A DNA stretch of 64,000 nt from NCBI GenBank assembly GCA_963932905.1, contig CAWVRN010000002.1, positions 32,001 through 96,000 on the forward strand, written 5' to 3'. Of the stretch, positions 1-10,600 are shown piece after piece. The stretch is from an uncultured Bdellovibrio sp. (GTDB lineage Bacteria > Bdellovibrionota > Bdellovibrionia > Bdellovibrionales > Bdellovibrionaceae). A model generated the notes under the pieces. That model was not told where the DNA came from. It saw only the letters and a program-made list of their open reading frames with translations, and did no database searches. Each line of letters begins with the position of its first letter. Within the stretch, counting starts at the first letter, position 1. Both the position numbers and the translations under genes were made by a program.

Positions 1-1114
1 CATAGTAAGGCGCGATCAATTCCCGTAGTTCTTTGGCAAATACATCGATATTCACTTGGTCGGTAAAAGGCGCTAAATCTACATATTCATAGGCCAAGCG
101 ATCGTAATCTTCCTTTGACAGGGCATAAAGCATATTAGCGATCGAACTTTGAGTTTTAGAATTAAGGCGGCCAACGACACCGAAATCGATTAAACCAATC
201 GCGTTTCCTGAAAATACAAAGAAATTTCCGGCGTGCAAATCGCCATGGAATAGTCCATCAAAGAAAACCATTTTTAAATAGGCACGTAAGCCTTTCTTAA
301 TAATTTCATGGGAATCTACATTCGCCTGGTTCAAAGCGCCATCGTCGGAAAGGGGGATTCCCTTTAATTTTTCCATAACTAAAACGCGTTCGGTGGTTAG
401 ATCTTGATAAACTTTAGGAATAATAATGTCGGATTGAGACTGAAAATTTAAAGCAAACCGGCGAATATTATTCGTTTCAACGATAAAGTTAGTTTCTAGT
501 TCCAGAGTTTTGAAATATTCATCGACAATCGCTTTTGGATTAAAAGCACGCGATTCTGGAATATACTTCGTTAGAAGATCGGCAATGAAATAAAGGACAC
601 CTAAATCATCATTGATAACATCAATGATGCCCGGACGTTGAATTTTAAGGACGACGTCTTCGCCTGTTTTTAATCGTGCTTGATGTACCTGTGCAATACT
701 GGCTGACCCGATAGGATTGGGATCAATATTTTCAAATAAATCTAATTGAGCACCGATTTCGTGCTGTAAAACGCCTTGGATAGTTTCAAACGGTAAGGGC
801 TGGACATTGCCATGTAGTTTAGAGAATTCAATGACGTAGTCTTCTGGAACCAAATCGGGACGAGTCGCAAGAAGCTGGCCTAGTTTAACAAATGTAGGTC
901 CTAGTTCTTCAAACGACATGCGAATACGTTCTGCCGTCGAAAAATTTTCGTAATTCGACGACATGAAACGCTCGATTAAGTATTGTCCTAGGTTGATCTG
1001 CTCGGCAACTTTATAGAAACCGTGCTTAGCGAACACCCCTACGATGGTTCTTAACCTGGCCGCGTTTTTTAGAGTTTTTCCTAGAGGATTCAGCCTTTGC
1101 CCCAGACCCGCCAC
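1..1114 (-). CDS. ubiB: AarF/ABC1/UbiB-family atypical kinase (3' end runs off the window)
   Basis: Not in the ORF track; hand translation gives EELGPTFVKLGQLLATRPD, GSASIAQVH, VVLKIQRP and FHGDLHAGN. GTG at 1114 is preceded by AAGGAG; overlaps the 3' end of rnr. Confidence 0.85.
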   Translation of the reverse strand, partial: MAGLGQRLNPLGKTLKNAARLRTIVGVFAKHGFYKVAEQINLGQYLIERFMSSNYENFSTAERIRMSFEELGPTFVKLGQLLATRPDLVPEDYVIEFSKLHGNVQPLPFETIQGVLQHEIGAQLDLFENIDPNPIGSASIAQVHQARLKTGEDVVLKIQRPGIIDVINDDLGVLYFIADLLTKYIPESRAFNPKAIVDEYFKTLELETNFIVETNNIRRFALNFQSQSDIIIPKVYQDLTTERVLVMEKLKGIPLSDDGALNQANVDSHEIIKKGLRAYLKMVFFDGLFHGDLHAGNFFVFSGNAIGLIDFGVVGRLNSKTQSSIANMLYALSKEDYDRLAYEYVDLAPFTDQVNIDVFAKELRELIAPYY

Positions 1115-3674
1115 TGTTTTTCTCCTTATTTTTGAAGCTACGCTGTGAACCACGATCACGGTTATGGTCGCGATCACGATCCTTTTCTCGATCTCCACGC
1201 TGCGAATTTTCGCCTTCAAATTGTGGTTTTCTTCTATCACCACCACTATACGATTCATTGCGAGAACGTGATTGAATCGCTTGATCTAGTTTTTCTAATA
1301 TCGAGCTACGTTTTGAAGTTTGAACTTTGTATTCAACACCGCCGCTAGAACTAAAACCAGAAGTCTTGTCGCCACCTTTTTTTACTTCATAAGGTGTTTC
1401 AAAAGGATTTTCAGATCGTTGGCTTTTGTTTTGGGATTGGTTTTGGCCTTGCGATTTGAAGTCTCGGTCAATTCGTATCTCTTCAACATCATCTTGCTTC
1501 GCTGCCTGATGAAATTGCGGACGATTTTTATTGGAATTTGGTTGTCCAAATCCAAGTTTATCTTTCTTTTTAAACATACGCTCTGCAAAAGAACCACCAC
1601 GTTTTTTCTTGAACTTCTTGTTGCCACCACCGCTGCGAGCATTGGCTTGATTACGGTTTTGGTTTTCATTTTGTTGTTGAGGTTGCTGACGATTATTGGG
1701 ATTGCGTCGTGAATCATGCTTGAGTTGATTCATGTTCTGCTGTTCGCGCTTAGCAACCAGTTCTAGAGGCATAAAGTTAATCTGACCAAGTTCAGAATCC
1801 GTAGCGACAACTTTAATCTTGATAGAATCACCGATGGTAAATCGCAATCCTGTCTTTTTGTTGTAAAGGCTTAGAGTTTTTTCATCAAACTCAAGACGCT
1901 GCGATGATAATTCATCGATCTTAACTAGTCCGTCGATTTCGTATTCACGTAGTAGAACAAAAACACCGAAACGAACGACCGAGCTGATCATGCCTTCGAA
2001 TTCGTCGCCCAGGAATTTTTCCATGAAACGGGCTTTTTTGATCGAAGTGATTTGGCGTTCGGCTTTAGCGGCTTTTTGCTCGCAGCTGGATAACCAAGTT
2101 GCGGCCGTTGCTAAATCTTCCTCTTCCACCACGTTATATTTTTTGCCTTTTAGAATTTGGCTCTTAATCAAACGATGCACGATTAAATCAGGGTAGCGAC
2201 GGATCGGCGAGGTAAAATGAGTGTAATTCTCAAAACCTAAACCAAAGTGACCGACGTTGTTTACTGAATATTTCGCTTGGTTCATAGAACGTAAAGTTAA
2301 GATATTCAGCACGTGAGCTTCTGGTTTGCCAGAGAATTCTTGCAAAGCGCGAGTTAGGCGTTTTTGCAATTTACCGTCATCCAGCTTAACTTTACCGCCA
2401 AAATTATGTAGATAGCGTTCTAGCATCTTGATGGCCGTTTCGTTAGGTGGCTCATGGATGCGATACATGGACGGGATTTGCGAGTTCGTTAAAAACTCGG
2501 CCACGGCCACGTTTGCTATCAACATTAACTCTTCAATCAAACGATGCGCGAATAAACGTTCAGAACGGATAACGTCGACGGGAACGCCGGATGCATCGAT
2601 TTCTAGCGCTGTTTCGGGAATTTCTAAATCTAAAGATCCATCGCGGAAACGTTTGGCCATTAAAACTTTAGCTAGCTCGGCACACTTAAGGATATTGTCT
2701 TTAACATGTTCGAATTTTTCGATCGTTTGACCTTCGATAATTTCTTGAGCTTCACCGTATGTAACGCGTGCTTTGGATTCCATAACAGCTTCATAAAAAC
2801 GGCTTTCTACTTTGGTACCGGCGAAATCAAAATACATTTCAGCGACCATACACAGCCTTGGTACGTGCGGATTCAGCGAGCATAGACCGTTACTCAATAC
2901 TTCTGGTAACATGGGAATAACGAAATTAGGGAAATAGATACTATTTCCACGCAGGTAAGCTTCTTCATCGATCGCGGTTTCATTTTTCACATAGTGACTG
3001 ACGTCGGCAATGGCTACAAGTAAACGAAAGCCTCGATCGGAACGTTCAACATAAACAGCGTCATCGAAATCTTTCGCTGTTTTGCCATCGATCGTAATCA
3101 AGTTTAAATCGCGGATGTCCTTACGACCTTTGAAATCTTTTTCGTTAGGTTCTGATTTAAACTTCTTAGCCTCTTTTAGAACTTCTTCAGGAAAATTCAT
3201 CGTAATTTGCTGAGTCAGGGCTACGCGTTTGATATCATTCAAAGGATCTTCAATATCCCCGATGATTTCCACAACTTTTCCAATTAATTCTTTGCCTTTT
3301 TCAGGGTATTGAATAATTTGGGCAGCAACAAGATCGCCAGTTTGGCAATCCAAATTGTTTTTAGTTTCGATAACTAGATCGCTACCCCAGGAATTGGATT
3401 CATCTTTTAAGATGCCGTAGCTTTTCGTAATCTGTTTATATTTACCTACAACGGTAACCGTAGATCGTTTAATGATTTCGATGATTTCACCGCGGAATTT
3501 TTGTGATCCAGATTCTGGAAAAACATCGGCTAGGACATAGTCATTAGTCATCACCCCATCCATTGCGTGGCGGGGGATATATACATCTTGGTGCTCTTTG
3601 GAATCGGGAATCAGGAATCCAAATCCGTCAGGGTTGCGCTTAATAATTCCCTTCAGAAATTTCTTTTTAACCAT
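1026..3674 (-). CDS. rnr: Ribonuclease R
   Basis: GFGF cold-shock domains, TIDGKTAKDFDDA catalytic motif, HFTSPIRRYPD, S1 domain, long basic low-complexity tail. Confidence 0.96.
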   Translation of the reverse strand: MVKKKFLKGIIKRNPDGFGFLIPDSKEHQDVYIPRHAMDGVMTNDYVLADVFPESGSQKFRGEIIEIIKRSTVTVVGKYKQITKSYGILKDESNSWGSDLVIETKNNLDCQTGDLVAAQIIQYPEKGKELIGKVVEIIGDIEDPLNDIKRVALTQQITMNFPEEVLKEAKKFKSEPNEKDFKGRKDIRDLNLITIDGKTAKDFDDAVYVERSDRGFRLLVAIADVSHYVKNETAIDEEAYLRGNSIYFPNFVIPMLPEVLSNGLCSLNPHVPRLCMVAEMYFDFAGTKVESRFYEAVMESKARVTYGEAQEIIEGQTIEKFEHVKDNILKCAELAKVLMAKRFRDGSLDLEIPETALEIDASGVPVDVIRSERLFAHRLIEELMLIANVAVAEFLTNSQIPSMYRIHEPPNETAIKMLERYLHNFGGKVKLDDGKLQKRLTRALQEFSGKPEAHVLNILTLRSMNQAKYSVNNVGHFGLGFENYTHFTSPIRRYPDLIVHRLIKSQILKGKKYNVVEEEDLATAATWLSSCEQKAAKAERQITSIKKARFMEKFLGDEFEGMISSVVRFGVFVLLREYEIDGLVKIDELSSQRLEFDEKTLSLYNKKTGLRFTIGDSIKIKVVATDSELGQINFMPLELVAKREQQNMNQLKHDSRRNPNNRQQPQQQNENQNRNQANARSGGGNKKFKKKRGGSFAERMFKKKDKLGFGQPNSNKNRPQFHQAAKQDDVEEIRIDRDFKSQGQNQSQNKSQRSENPFETPYEVKKGGDKTSGFSSSGGVEYKVQTSKRSSILEKLDQAIQSRSRNESYSGGDRRKPQFEGENSQRGDREKDRDRDHNRDRGSQRSFKNKEKNSGGSGAKAESSRKNSKKRGQVKNHRRGVR

Positions 3675-3717
3675 GGACTAAGTTTGGGGTTCTGACTTTG
3701 CAAAGTCAAATAGGGAA

Positions 3718-4269
3718 ATGAATGATGTCTATTTAAACAAAGCCCCAAAATTTTTCTATTTCCGAACTCGGATATTTCATCGTGAAAAGTCCGACAAAAA
3801 GCCCAAACGGAGAGAGTTCCTTGCCACCGAGGAACAGCAGATTTGGGAAAAAACTCTCAGTGCCCTCGCTGAACTACAAGATGAGAGTGGAATTGAGGTT
3901 TATGGGCTGGTGTTAGACAAAGACGGCCTTCACGTCGTGTTTTCGACACCGTATTTTAATGAAAATATTTTAGTTTTAGATTGGGAAATGCGTCTTAAGC
4001 GAGATATTCCGATTGAATTTGCTCGTCCTATACTATGCGAACCAGTAGGGACTCACGAACAAATGAAAGCACTTTTGATTGAAATCTATGGATCACAACT
4101 GAATATAGAAAGTAATCAATTACAATGGCGAAATCCGTTTAATAGCTTGAAACTTATATTCGATGGACACCGAAAGGCGCGATTGTTTAAAGATCCGTTA
4201 CGTGTAGTTTTTCAACCCTCTTTAGTTTTCGAAATCGGTAAACATGGCTCACACTCTTCATTTTGTTGA
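3718..4269 (+). CDS. Hypothetical protein resembling a degenerate REP-associated tyrosine transposase (RAYT/Y1 HUH fold)
   Basis: IEVYGLVLDKDGLHVVFSTP parallels the RAYT motif IHAFVLMxNHxHLxxxTP. HuH and YxxxNP are not intact. By-eye comparison only. Confidence 0.45.
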   Translation: MNDVYLNKAPKFFYFRTRIFHREKSDKKPKRREFLATEEQQIWEKTLSALAELQDESGIEVYGLVLDKDGLHVVFSTPYFNENILVLDWEMRLKRDIPIEFARPILCEPVGTHEQMKALLIEIYGSQLNIESNQLQWRNPFNSLKLIFDGHRKARLFKDPLRVVFQPSLVFEIGKHGSHSSFC

Positions 4270-4701
4270 GATTAACTGCATAAGAAAACGGCTAAACAGG
4301 GGCAAATGTACGCACCGCATCAGGGTGGATAAAATGCCCCATCATTCTTAAAATCAATGTCGAACGAGTTTGTTTTTTGAAATTTATGTTCAAAAAAAAA
4401 TTAAAAAATTTTAATTCAATAATCTCTTCGAGATGCGCTGTCATCAGTACTTTGAGAGAAAAATTATTTCTTAAATATAATTTAATAAAATATTAAACGT
4501 CTGTTCAATTTCGTAGCACATTTTTGTGATGTTAATTGGACACGTTTTTTTTCGCTTAATGTTTTTAACTGCTCGAAATTGCTAAAACGTTTTTAGATTG
4601 ATCTCAACTTCAAGACTTATTACCATTTATTTATTGAGATTAAAAAATGGTTAAATTAACCAAATAAACTAGCAGACATAATCTGCAAGGAAGGAATTAA
4701 T

Positions 4702-5817
4702 ATGAAAAAGATGACAATTTTGGTTGCTGTTGCTTTGTGTGCAACTTCAGCTTTTGCTTCTAAAGCTAGATTGAAAGCTCTTCAATCATCTCCACACTTA
4801 CAAGACTCTCGCGACGTAATCAGCCGTGAGCCAGATCAAGCGCTTGTACACGGCGAATTCGTGTCGATCGAGACTGCATCTGTGACTCCAGGTACTAACG
4901 GTGCGAACAATGCGGCAGTAGCTCCAGCTACAACTCCGATCAACGCAGAAGGTGGTTTCGTTCGTAAATTGAGCGACACTTCAGCATTAGGTGCTTGGAT
5001 CGGTGCTAAAAATGAAAATTTAGCTAATCAATCTTTGGCTCTTGCAGGAACTACTCAACAAGTTCAAAATCCTTTGAATCTATATTATGCAAATAAAATG
5101 GGTGATATGGCTTGGGGTCTTGGATTAAACTATTCAAACTTTGAAGATAAAACAGCTAAAACAAAAGCATCTTCTATGGGTTTGAACGCAAGTTTATCTA
5201 GCGCTGCTGGTTGGGAAGCTCAATTAGGTCTTGGTTTGACTGGTGAAGCTACTGTTTCTGACGCAAATAAATTCGAACAAAAATCTCCAATGTTCTTATC
5301 TGGTGGTTACTGGATGGATACAATGTTCCTATACGGTAAATACGCTATGGGTGGCGGAAAAGCTAAAGGTGTTGCTTCAGGCACAACTACAAAAGACCTT
5401 GAAGCTAGCCAAATTGAAATCGGTGTTGTTAACTCTCACAAAAAAGACGGCGCAGATTTCTTCTACGGAGTATCTTACTTAATGACTACGGCTAAAGATA
5501 AAGTAACTGGCGGTTCTAAAACTGAAGAATCTTCTCTTCCAGTTGTTATCGGTATCGAAGCTGATGCAACTTCATGGATGGTATTACGTGGATCTATCAA
5601 ACAAAACGTATTGTTAGGCTCTTCAAAAACATCTACTGACACTGCGACATCTTCTGAAACAAGCTTAGTTGACAGCACAGTTGTTGGCGCTGGTGTAGGC
5701 TTAAAACTTGGCAAATTTATGGTTGACGGTTCATTAGCAGCAGCTAACGGCCAAAGCGGTAAATTCGGTTCTGACACTAATTTCTTGTCAGACGTAAGCT
5801 TAACTTACGCGTTCTAA
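4702..5817 (+). CDS. Major outer membrane porin-like protein, Bdellovibrio PopA (Bd0427)-like
   Basis: Signal peptide then ASKARLxAL, AEGGFV, QNPLNLYYAxKMG, FFYGV, SWMVLR; C-terminal YAF beta-signal; strong RBS and high-expression-type codons. Confidence 0.75.
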   Translation: MKKMTILVAVALCATSAFASKARLKALQSSPHLQDSRDVISREPDQALVHGEFVSIETASVTPGTNGANNAAVAPATTPINAEGGFVRKLSDTSALGAWIGAKNENLANQSLALAGTTQQVQNPLNLYYANKMGDMAWGLGLNYSNFEDKTAKTKASSMGLNASLSSAAGWEAQLGLGLTGEATVSDANKFEQKSPMFLSGGYWMDTMFLYGKYAMGGGKAKGVASGTTTKDLEASQIEIGVVNSHKKDGADFFYGVSYLMTTAKDKVTGGSKTEESSLPVVIGIEADATSWMVLRGSIKQNVLLGSSKTSTDTATSSETSLVDSTVVGAGVGLKLGKFMVDGSLAAANGQSGKFGSDTNFLSDVSLTYAF

Positions 5818-5843
5818 TTTTAGACGTATATAAGTTATCAACG

Positions 5844-5875
5844 AAAAGGGCTGATGAAAATCAGCCCTTTTTTTT
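5844..5875 (+). terminator. Intrinsic terminator (possibly bidirectional)
   Basis: AAAAGGGCTGAT-GAAA-ATCAGCCCTTTT followed by a T run. Confidence 0.85.
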
Positions 5876-5876
5876 G

Positions 5877-5927
5877 GTGCCAGGCTACTTTTCAGGAAGC
5901 AACGCTTCCGTAAAAGTAGCCTGGCAC
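5877..5927. repeat. REP-like inverted repeat, copy 1
   Basis: 16-bp perfect arms GTGCCAGGCTACTTTT / AAAAGTAGCCTGGCAC with inner hairpin GGAAGC-AAC-GCTTCC; second copy at 60626-60680. Confidence 0.8.
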
Positions 5928-5930
5928 TTT

Positions 5931-7190
5931 TTATTTGTTTATCTTTGCGAGTATGTGAGCTTGTTTTAGATTGAAGTCCTTTAGAATTTCTAGACGTTTG
6001 TTCTTAACTTCAAAAATCTTTTCTGATGCAGATAGCATGTCTGGAGAGTTTTTTACTCCGCGTGCGTATTCCGATTGCGTTAGTTTATAATATTTTTCGG
6101 CTCGTACTATATTTTCTTCGGCATCGTGGACTTGGCTGTGTAGTAGTTTGAGTTCGGCTACTTCGTTTTCTACGTGAGCATGTGCTTGCTGCCTTTGATA
6201 ATTAGCTAGTTTGCGGAAGGCCGCGGATTCTTTAGCCTGCGCTGCGGATTCTTTATTGGATTCAAAGCTATCTGATAAACTGATTGAGACTCTTAATCCC
6301 ACATAGGATTCTTTTCTTTGCTCGGCATCCGAGGAATCCTCTTCAAGTTCATTGAATTGATTGTATCCCGCAACGGCGTCTACTTTAGGCCACCAAGTGC
6401 GATTTAGTTTCTTGCTGGAGAGCTGACTTAAATTAGACTGGATTTCATTTTCCTTTGCCAGAATATCGTGGTCTTCATGAGAATGCTTCACGTTGGCTTC
6501 AAAATCATGCTCATGGCCAATTTCCTTCGGCAGCAACAAAGTCGCCGATGAGTCGATATTGAGCATTACACGCAGTTCAGCCGTTTGAGTCCTGAGCTGA
6601 AGTCTTGCCGTCTCCAAATCTTGCTTTAAACTGACAGCTTTGATTTCAAATTCCATTTTGTCGGATTCAGTCGCAACGCCACTGCGAATACGCTTTAATG
6701 CCGACTCTGCATTCTGAGAATTAATTTTATTAACTGATTCAAGGAGCGCAATTTTTTCTTGAGTGTATAGGATTTCCCAAAAGAGAGTGCGTGCTTGCAA
6801 TAACTCATCAGCCGTTGTTTTAACCAGTTGAACGGACTTCTTCTGGGAGTTTAGATCACGCATTTCAGATTCGATACTATCCTTGCCGCCGTTAAAAATA
6901 TTTATCTTGGCTTCGACGCCGTAAGCGGGCTGAGTTTTTTGTGAGCCTGTTCCTTTCCTGAAACTTTCCTGACTTGCATGCAATTCAAGTTGAGGAAGGA
7001 ACGATCTATTCAAAGATCCTTCTTTAATTTTGGCCGCTTCCACATCAAGACGATGCGCCTCTAGTTTGACGTTTCGGGATTCCAGTAATGACTTCAAGTT
7101 GTCGTAGTTCACCGAAACGTTGTCCGCGAATAGGGGGAGGGGTTTTAGAAACCCTGCCATAAAATAGAAAACCAGATATTTTGTTTTCAT
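5931..7190 (-). CDS. TolC/CzcC-family outer membrane efflux protein
   Basis: Two OEP-type repeats (RSFLPQL, INIFNGG, RTWWPKV, YARG); last gene of the RND operon. Confidence 0.85.
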   Translation of the reverse strand: MKTKYLVFYFMAGFLKPLPLFADNVSVNYDNLKSLLESRNVKLEAHRLDVEAAKIKEGSLNRSFLPQLELHASQESFRKGTGSQKTQPAYGVEAKINIFNGGKDSIESEMRDLNSQKKSVQLVKTTADELLQARTLFWEILYTQEKIALLESVNKINSQNAESALKRIRSGVATESDKMEFEIKAVSLKQDLETARLQLRTQTAELRVMLNIDSSATLLLPKEIGHEHDFEANVKHSHEDHDILAKENEIQSNLSQLSSKKLNRTWWPKVDAVAGYNQFNELEEDSSDAEQRKESYVGLRVSISLSDSFESNKESAAQAKESAAFRKLANYQRQQAHAHVENEVAELKLLHSQVHDAEENIVRAEKYYKLTQSEYARGVKNSPDMLSASEKIFEVKNKRLEILKDFNLKQAHILAKINK

Positions 7191-7198
7191 TTGCGGTC

Positions 7199-7642
7199 CT
7201 ATTTTTTTAGTTCGATAGTAAATTCGATTTTGTCGCCATGATCTTCTTTTGCGTCTTTCACCTCTAACACCAAAGAATAGCGATGAGTGTTTTTTGGTTT
7301 ACTGTTCACTTCGTAGTGAGAGAACTGGCCACTGGTAGAATCGGTAATACTATCCAATTTTAGTTTTTCAATTTTTTTACTCTTCGGAAGTTTCATTCCG
7401 GCCTTTAAAGTATAGGTTTTGGTGTCTTTGACTTTACCATCGACATCGTAGACGTAAATTTCCTGTTTGGAGTCTTTGTTGACGACTTCGATATTGATAG
7501 ACTCGGTAGATTTTACTACACCGCCTTTTAACGGCTGGAATGAGCTTGGTCCGTCGTGGTCATGATCGTCATGGGCCAACGCTGTTGATGCGATAGTTGC
7601 AGAAAATAATGCGATTGTAAGTGCTTTGATAAATGTATTCAT
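7199..7642 (-). CDS. Periplasmic His-rich putative metal-binding protein
   Basis: Signal peptide ending ALA, then HDDHDHDG and PLKGG; lies inside the metal-efflux operon. Confidence 0.65.
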   Translation of the reverse strand: MNTFIKALTIALFSATIASTALAHDDHDHDGPSSFQPLKGGVVKSTESINIEVVNKDSKQEIYVYDVDGKVKDTKTYTLKAGMKLPKSKKIEKLKLDSITDSTSGQFSHYEVNSKPKNTHRYSLVLEVKDAKEDHGDKIEFTIELKK

Positions 7643-7656
7643 AAAATTCTCCTATT

Positions 7657-10600
7657 TTAAATTTCTTCTGTTTTATTATTGTCGTTAATATAGTGTTCTG
7701 CTGATTTTCTTCCGAAGCGAAAAAACAATGTGGGCGTCACGATGATGTCCAAAATTGTTGAGCTGATTAATCCCCCGACGATCACGACGGCCACCGGGTA
7801 CAGTACTTCGCTACCGGCGTGTCCCTTGGCGAATACTAAAGGCAGCAAAGCCAATGATGCCACACACGCTGTCATCACAACCGGAACAAGACGTTCCTGT
7901 GAGCCACGAATAATCATTTCTTTGCTGAACGATTCATTTTCGTACTTCATCAGATGCAGATAGTGCGAAATCATCATGATGCCATTGCGTGAGGCCACTC
8001 CGCATAGTGTGATGAAGCCGACCAGACTGGCGACCGTGATTGTTTTGTCAGTTACATAGAGCAAAATAATGCCGCCAATAAACGCCAGTGGGATAGTAGC
8101 CATGATCTGCGCCATGATGGTGGTTGATCGAAAGTGGCTGAATAGAACCATCGCGATTCCTAGTATAGAAATCAGTCCAAACAAAGCAATTTTCTGAGTC
8201 GCAGTCTGCTGGCTTTCAAACTGCCCACCGTAAACAACATAGTAGCCTTCAGGTAAAACCACTTTTGATTTTACTTTATTTTGAATTTCTTCAACCAGGC
8301 TGCCTAGGTCACGCTTACTCACATTCGCGCTAATAACAATCCTTCGCTGACTGTTTTCGCGATTGATTTCATTTGGTCCCGTCGTTTCATAGACGTCGGC
8401 GACATCCTTTAGACGAACTTTTCGACCGTCGGGCATAATCTTTAAAACAGTTTCTTCCATCTTCTCCATGGAGCCACGCGAATTTTCATCAAATTGGAAG
8501 AATACATCGTATAGTCGAGTATCTTCAATCACTTGTGCGACGGTTTCACCATTAAAAGCAACCTCCAGAAGTTCAGTGACTTCCCCAGGGCTAAGTCCAA
8601 AAGCGGCTGCTTCTGGACGCAACACTTTAATTTTTATTTGTGGGATTAAGCCCTGCTGTTCGATTTTTAAATCGACCAAGCCTTGAGTATCTTTAATCGC
8701 CGTGTGTAGCTCGGCCGCTTTTTGTCGAAGCAAAGTTAAATCGGGACCAAATATTTTGATCGCAATCGCTGCGCTGACGCCGGAAAGCATGTGATCTATC
8801 AAATGAGATATGGGTTGTCCCACATTCACACCAACTCCTGGTATTTGAGTCTTCAAATTATTTCTGATTTCTTCAAGTACGACATCTCGAGGGCGTCCGT
8901 TAGGATTGAAATCAACATCGATTTCACTGACATTTACGCCCATGGCATGCTCATCAAGTTCTGCGCGGCCTGTGCGTCGAGACGCTGACTTAATTTCTTT
9001 TGTTTCTAATATTAGTTTTTCGGCTTTTTTTCCCAGTTTGTTTGATTCAGCTAAACTAATCCCTGGTTTAGCAATGATTGAAATCATCGCTGTGCCTTCA
9101 TTAAACTGTGGTAAAAAGTCACGACCCATAAATGGTACTAAGCCGACAGCGAATATGAGTAACCCAGCACTTCCAGCTAGTACTATATTGGAGTGATTTA
9201 AAGACCAATTTAAAATGCGGCGATCTAGATTTTTTAAAGCGATGACTAGTTTAGTATCCCGATGTTCTTTTGGTTTTCCTTTTAAAAAATAAGAACACAA
9301 CACTGGAGTCAATGTCAGTGAAACTACCAATGATGAAATCAGCGCTGTTAAGTAAGCGACACCCAAAGGAGTGAATAGACGGCCCTCTAACCCAGTTAAG
9401 TTAAATAGTGGAAAGAAAACCATCGCGATGATGACAGTGGCCAGTACGATCGAGTTTCTGATTTCGCTAGATGCCTCGAACACGACTTTCAAAGCCGATT
9501 TGGGATTTGAACTTAGACTATTTTCTCGCAATCTACGGAACACATTCTCGACATCCACAATCGAATCATCTACGAGTTCACCGATAGCGATAGCCAATCC
9601 ACCTAGTGTCATCGTGTTTACTGTAAGACCAAAAAAATTAAATACGATTGCGGTTACCAGGAATGAAACAGGGATGGCTGTCAAGGTTATGACTGACATT
9701 CTTAGGTTGGCCAGAAAAACAAACAAAACGATAAATACTAAGATGGTACCAAATTTTAATTTACCTTGAATCCCATTTATTGACGCTTCGATAAAATTTG
9801 ATTGTTTGAAAACATCTGTATGAATCACAACACCTTTTGGCAAAGATGGGCTGACGTCTGTAATTGCTTTTTCCACCGCTTTGGTAATTGAGATGGTGTC
9901 TGCCCCAGGTTGTTTCTGAATCGTTAGCACGACCGAAGGGTTTCCATTGAAACTACCGTCGCCGCGTTTTAGTCGAGGAGCTTCAACGACTTCGGCTATG
10001 TCGCTGACGCGGATGGGTTTTCCAAAGTGCATTCCGATCAATGATTGTTTGATATCGTCAATGTCTTCCACAATACCGATATTTCTGACTAGAAATTCTT
10101 GTCCTGATTTTTCTAAAAATCCACCTGTGGTGTTTTGACTGATTTGCGAAAGAACTTTATTTAGCTGTTCCATCGTCAATTGATAGCGATTCATTTTTTC
10201 TGCGGAAACTAAAACTTGGTATTGTTTTAATCCACCGCCAATCGCGATGACCTGAGATACACCTTGGATCGTCATTAAACGAGGACGAACAACCCACTCG
10301 GCTAAATTACGCAGTTCCATGGGGCTAATTTGATTTGAGTCTGTCGTTAGTGCGATCTGTTGAATTTGTCCCATCAAAGATCCAATGGGGCCCATGATGG
10401 GCGTGATGTCTTTTGGTAGTCGTTCTTTGGATAGATTCAACTTTTCCTGAACGAGTTGACGGCTTCGATAAATATCGGTGCCCCATTCGAATTCTACGTA
10501 AATCGCGGATAATCCAATTCCTGACTGCGAACGAATTCGTTCCACACCTGGGATGCCGTTCAAATAGCTTTCAATCGGTAATGTCACTCGAGTTTCCACT

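Noticed and set aside
4270..4700. c-di-GMP riboswitch or sRNA upstream of the porin (GGGGCAAA...TGCCCC)
   Set aside because: Only a short stem; the GAAA-loop/GACGCAAA pattern is absent.
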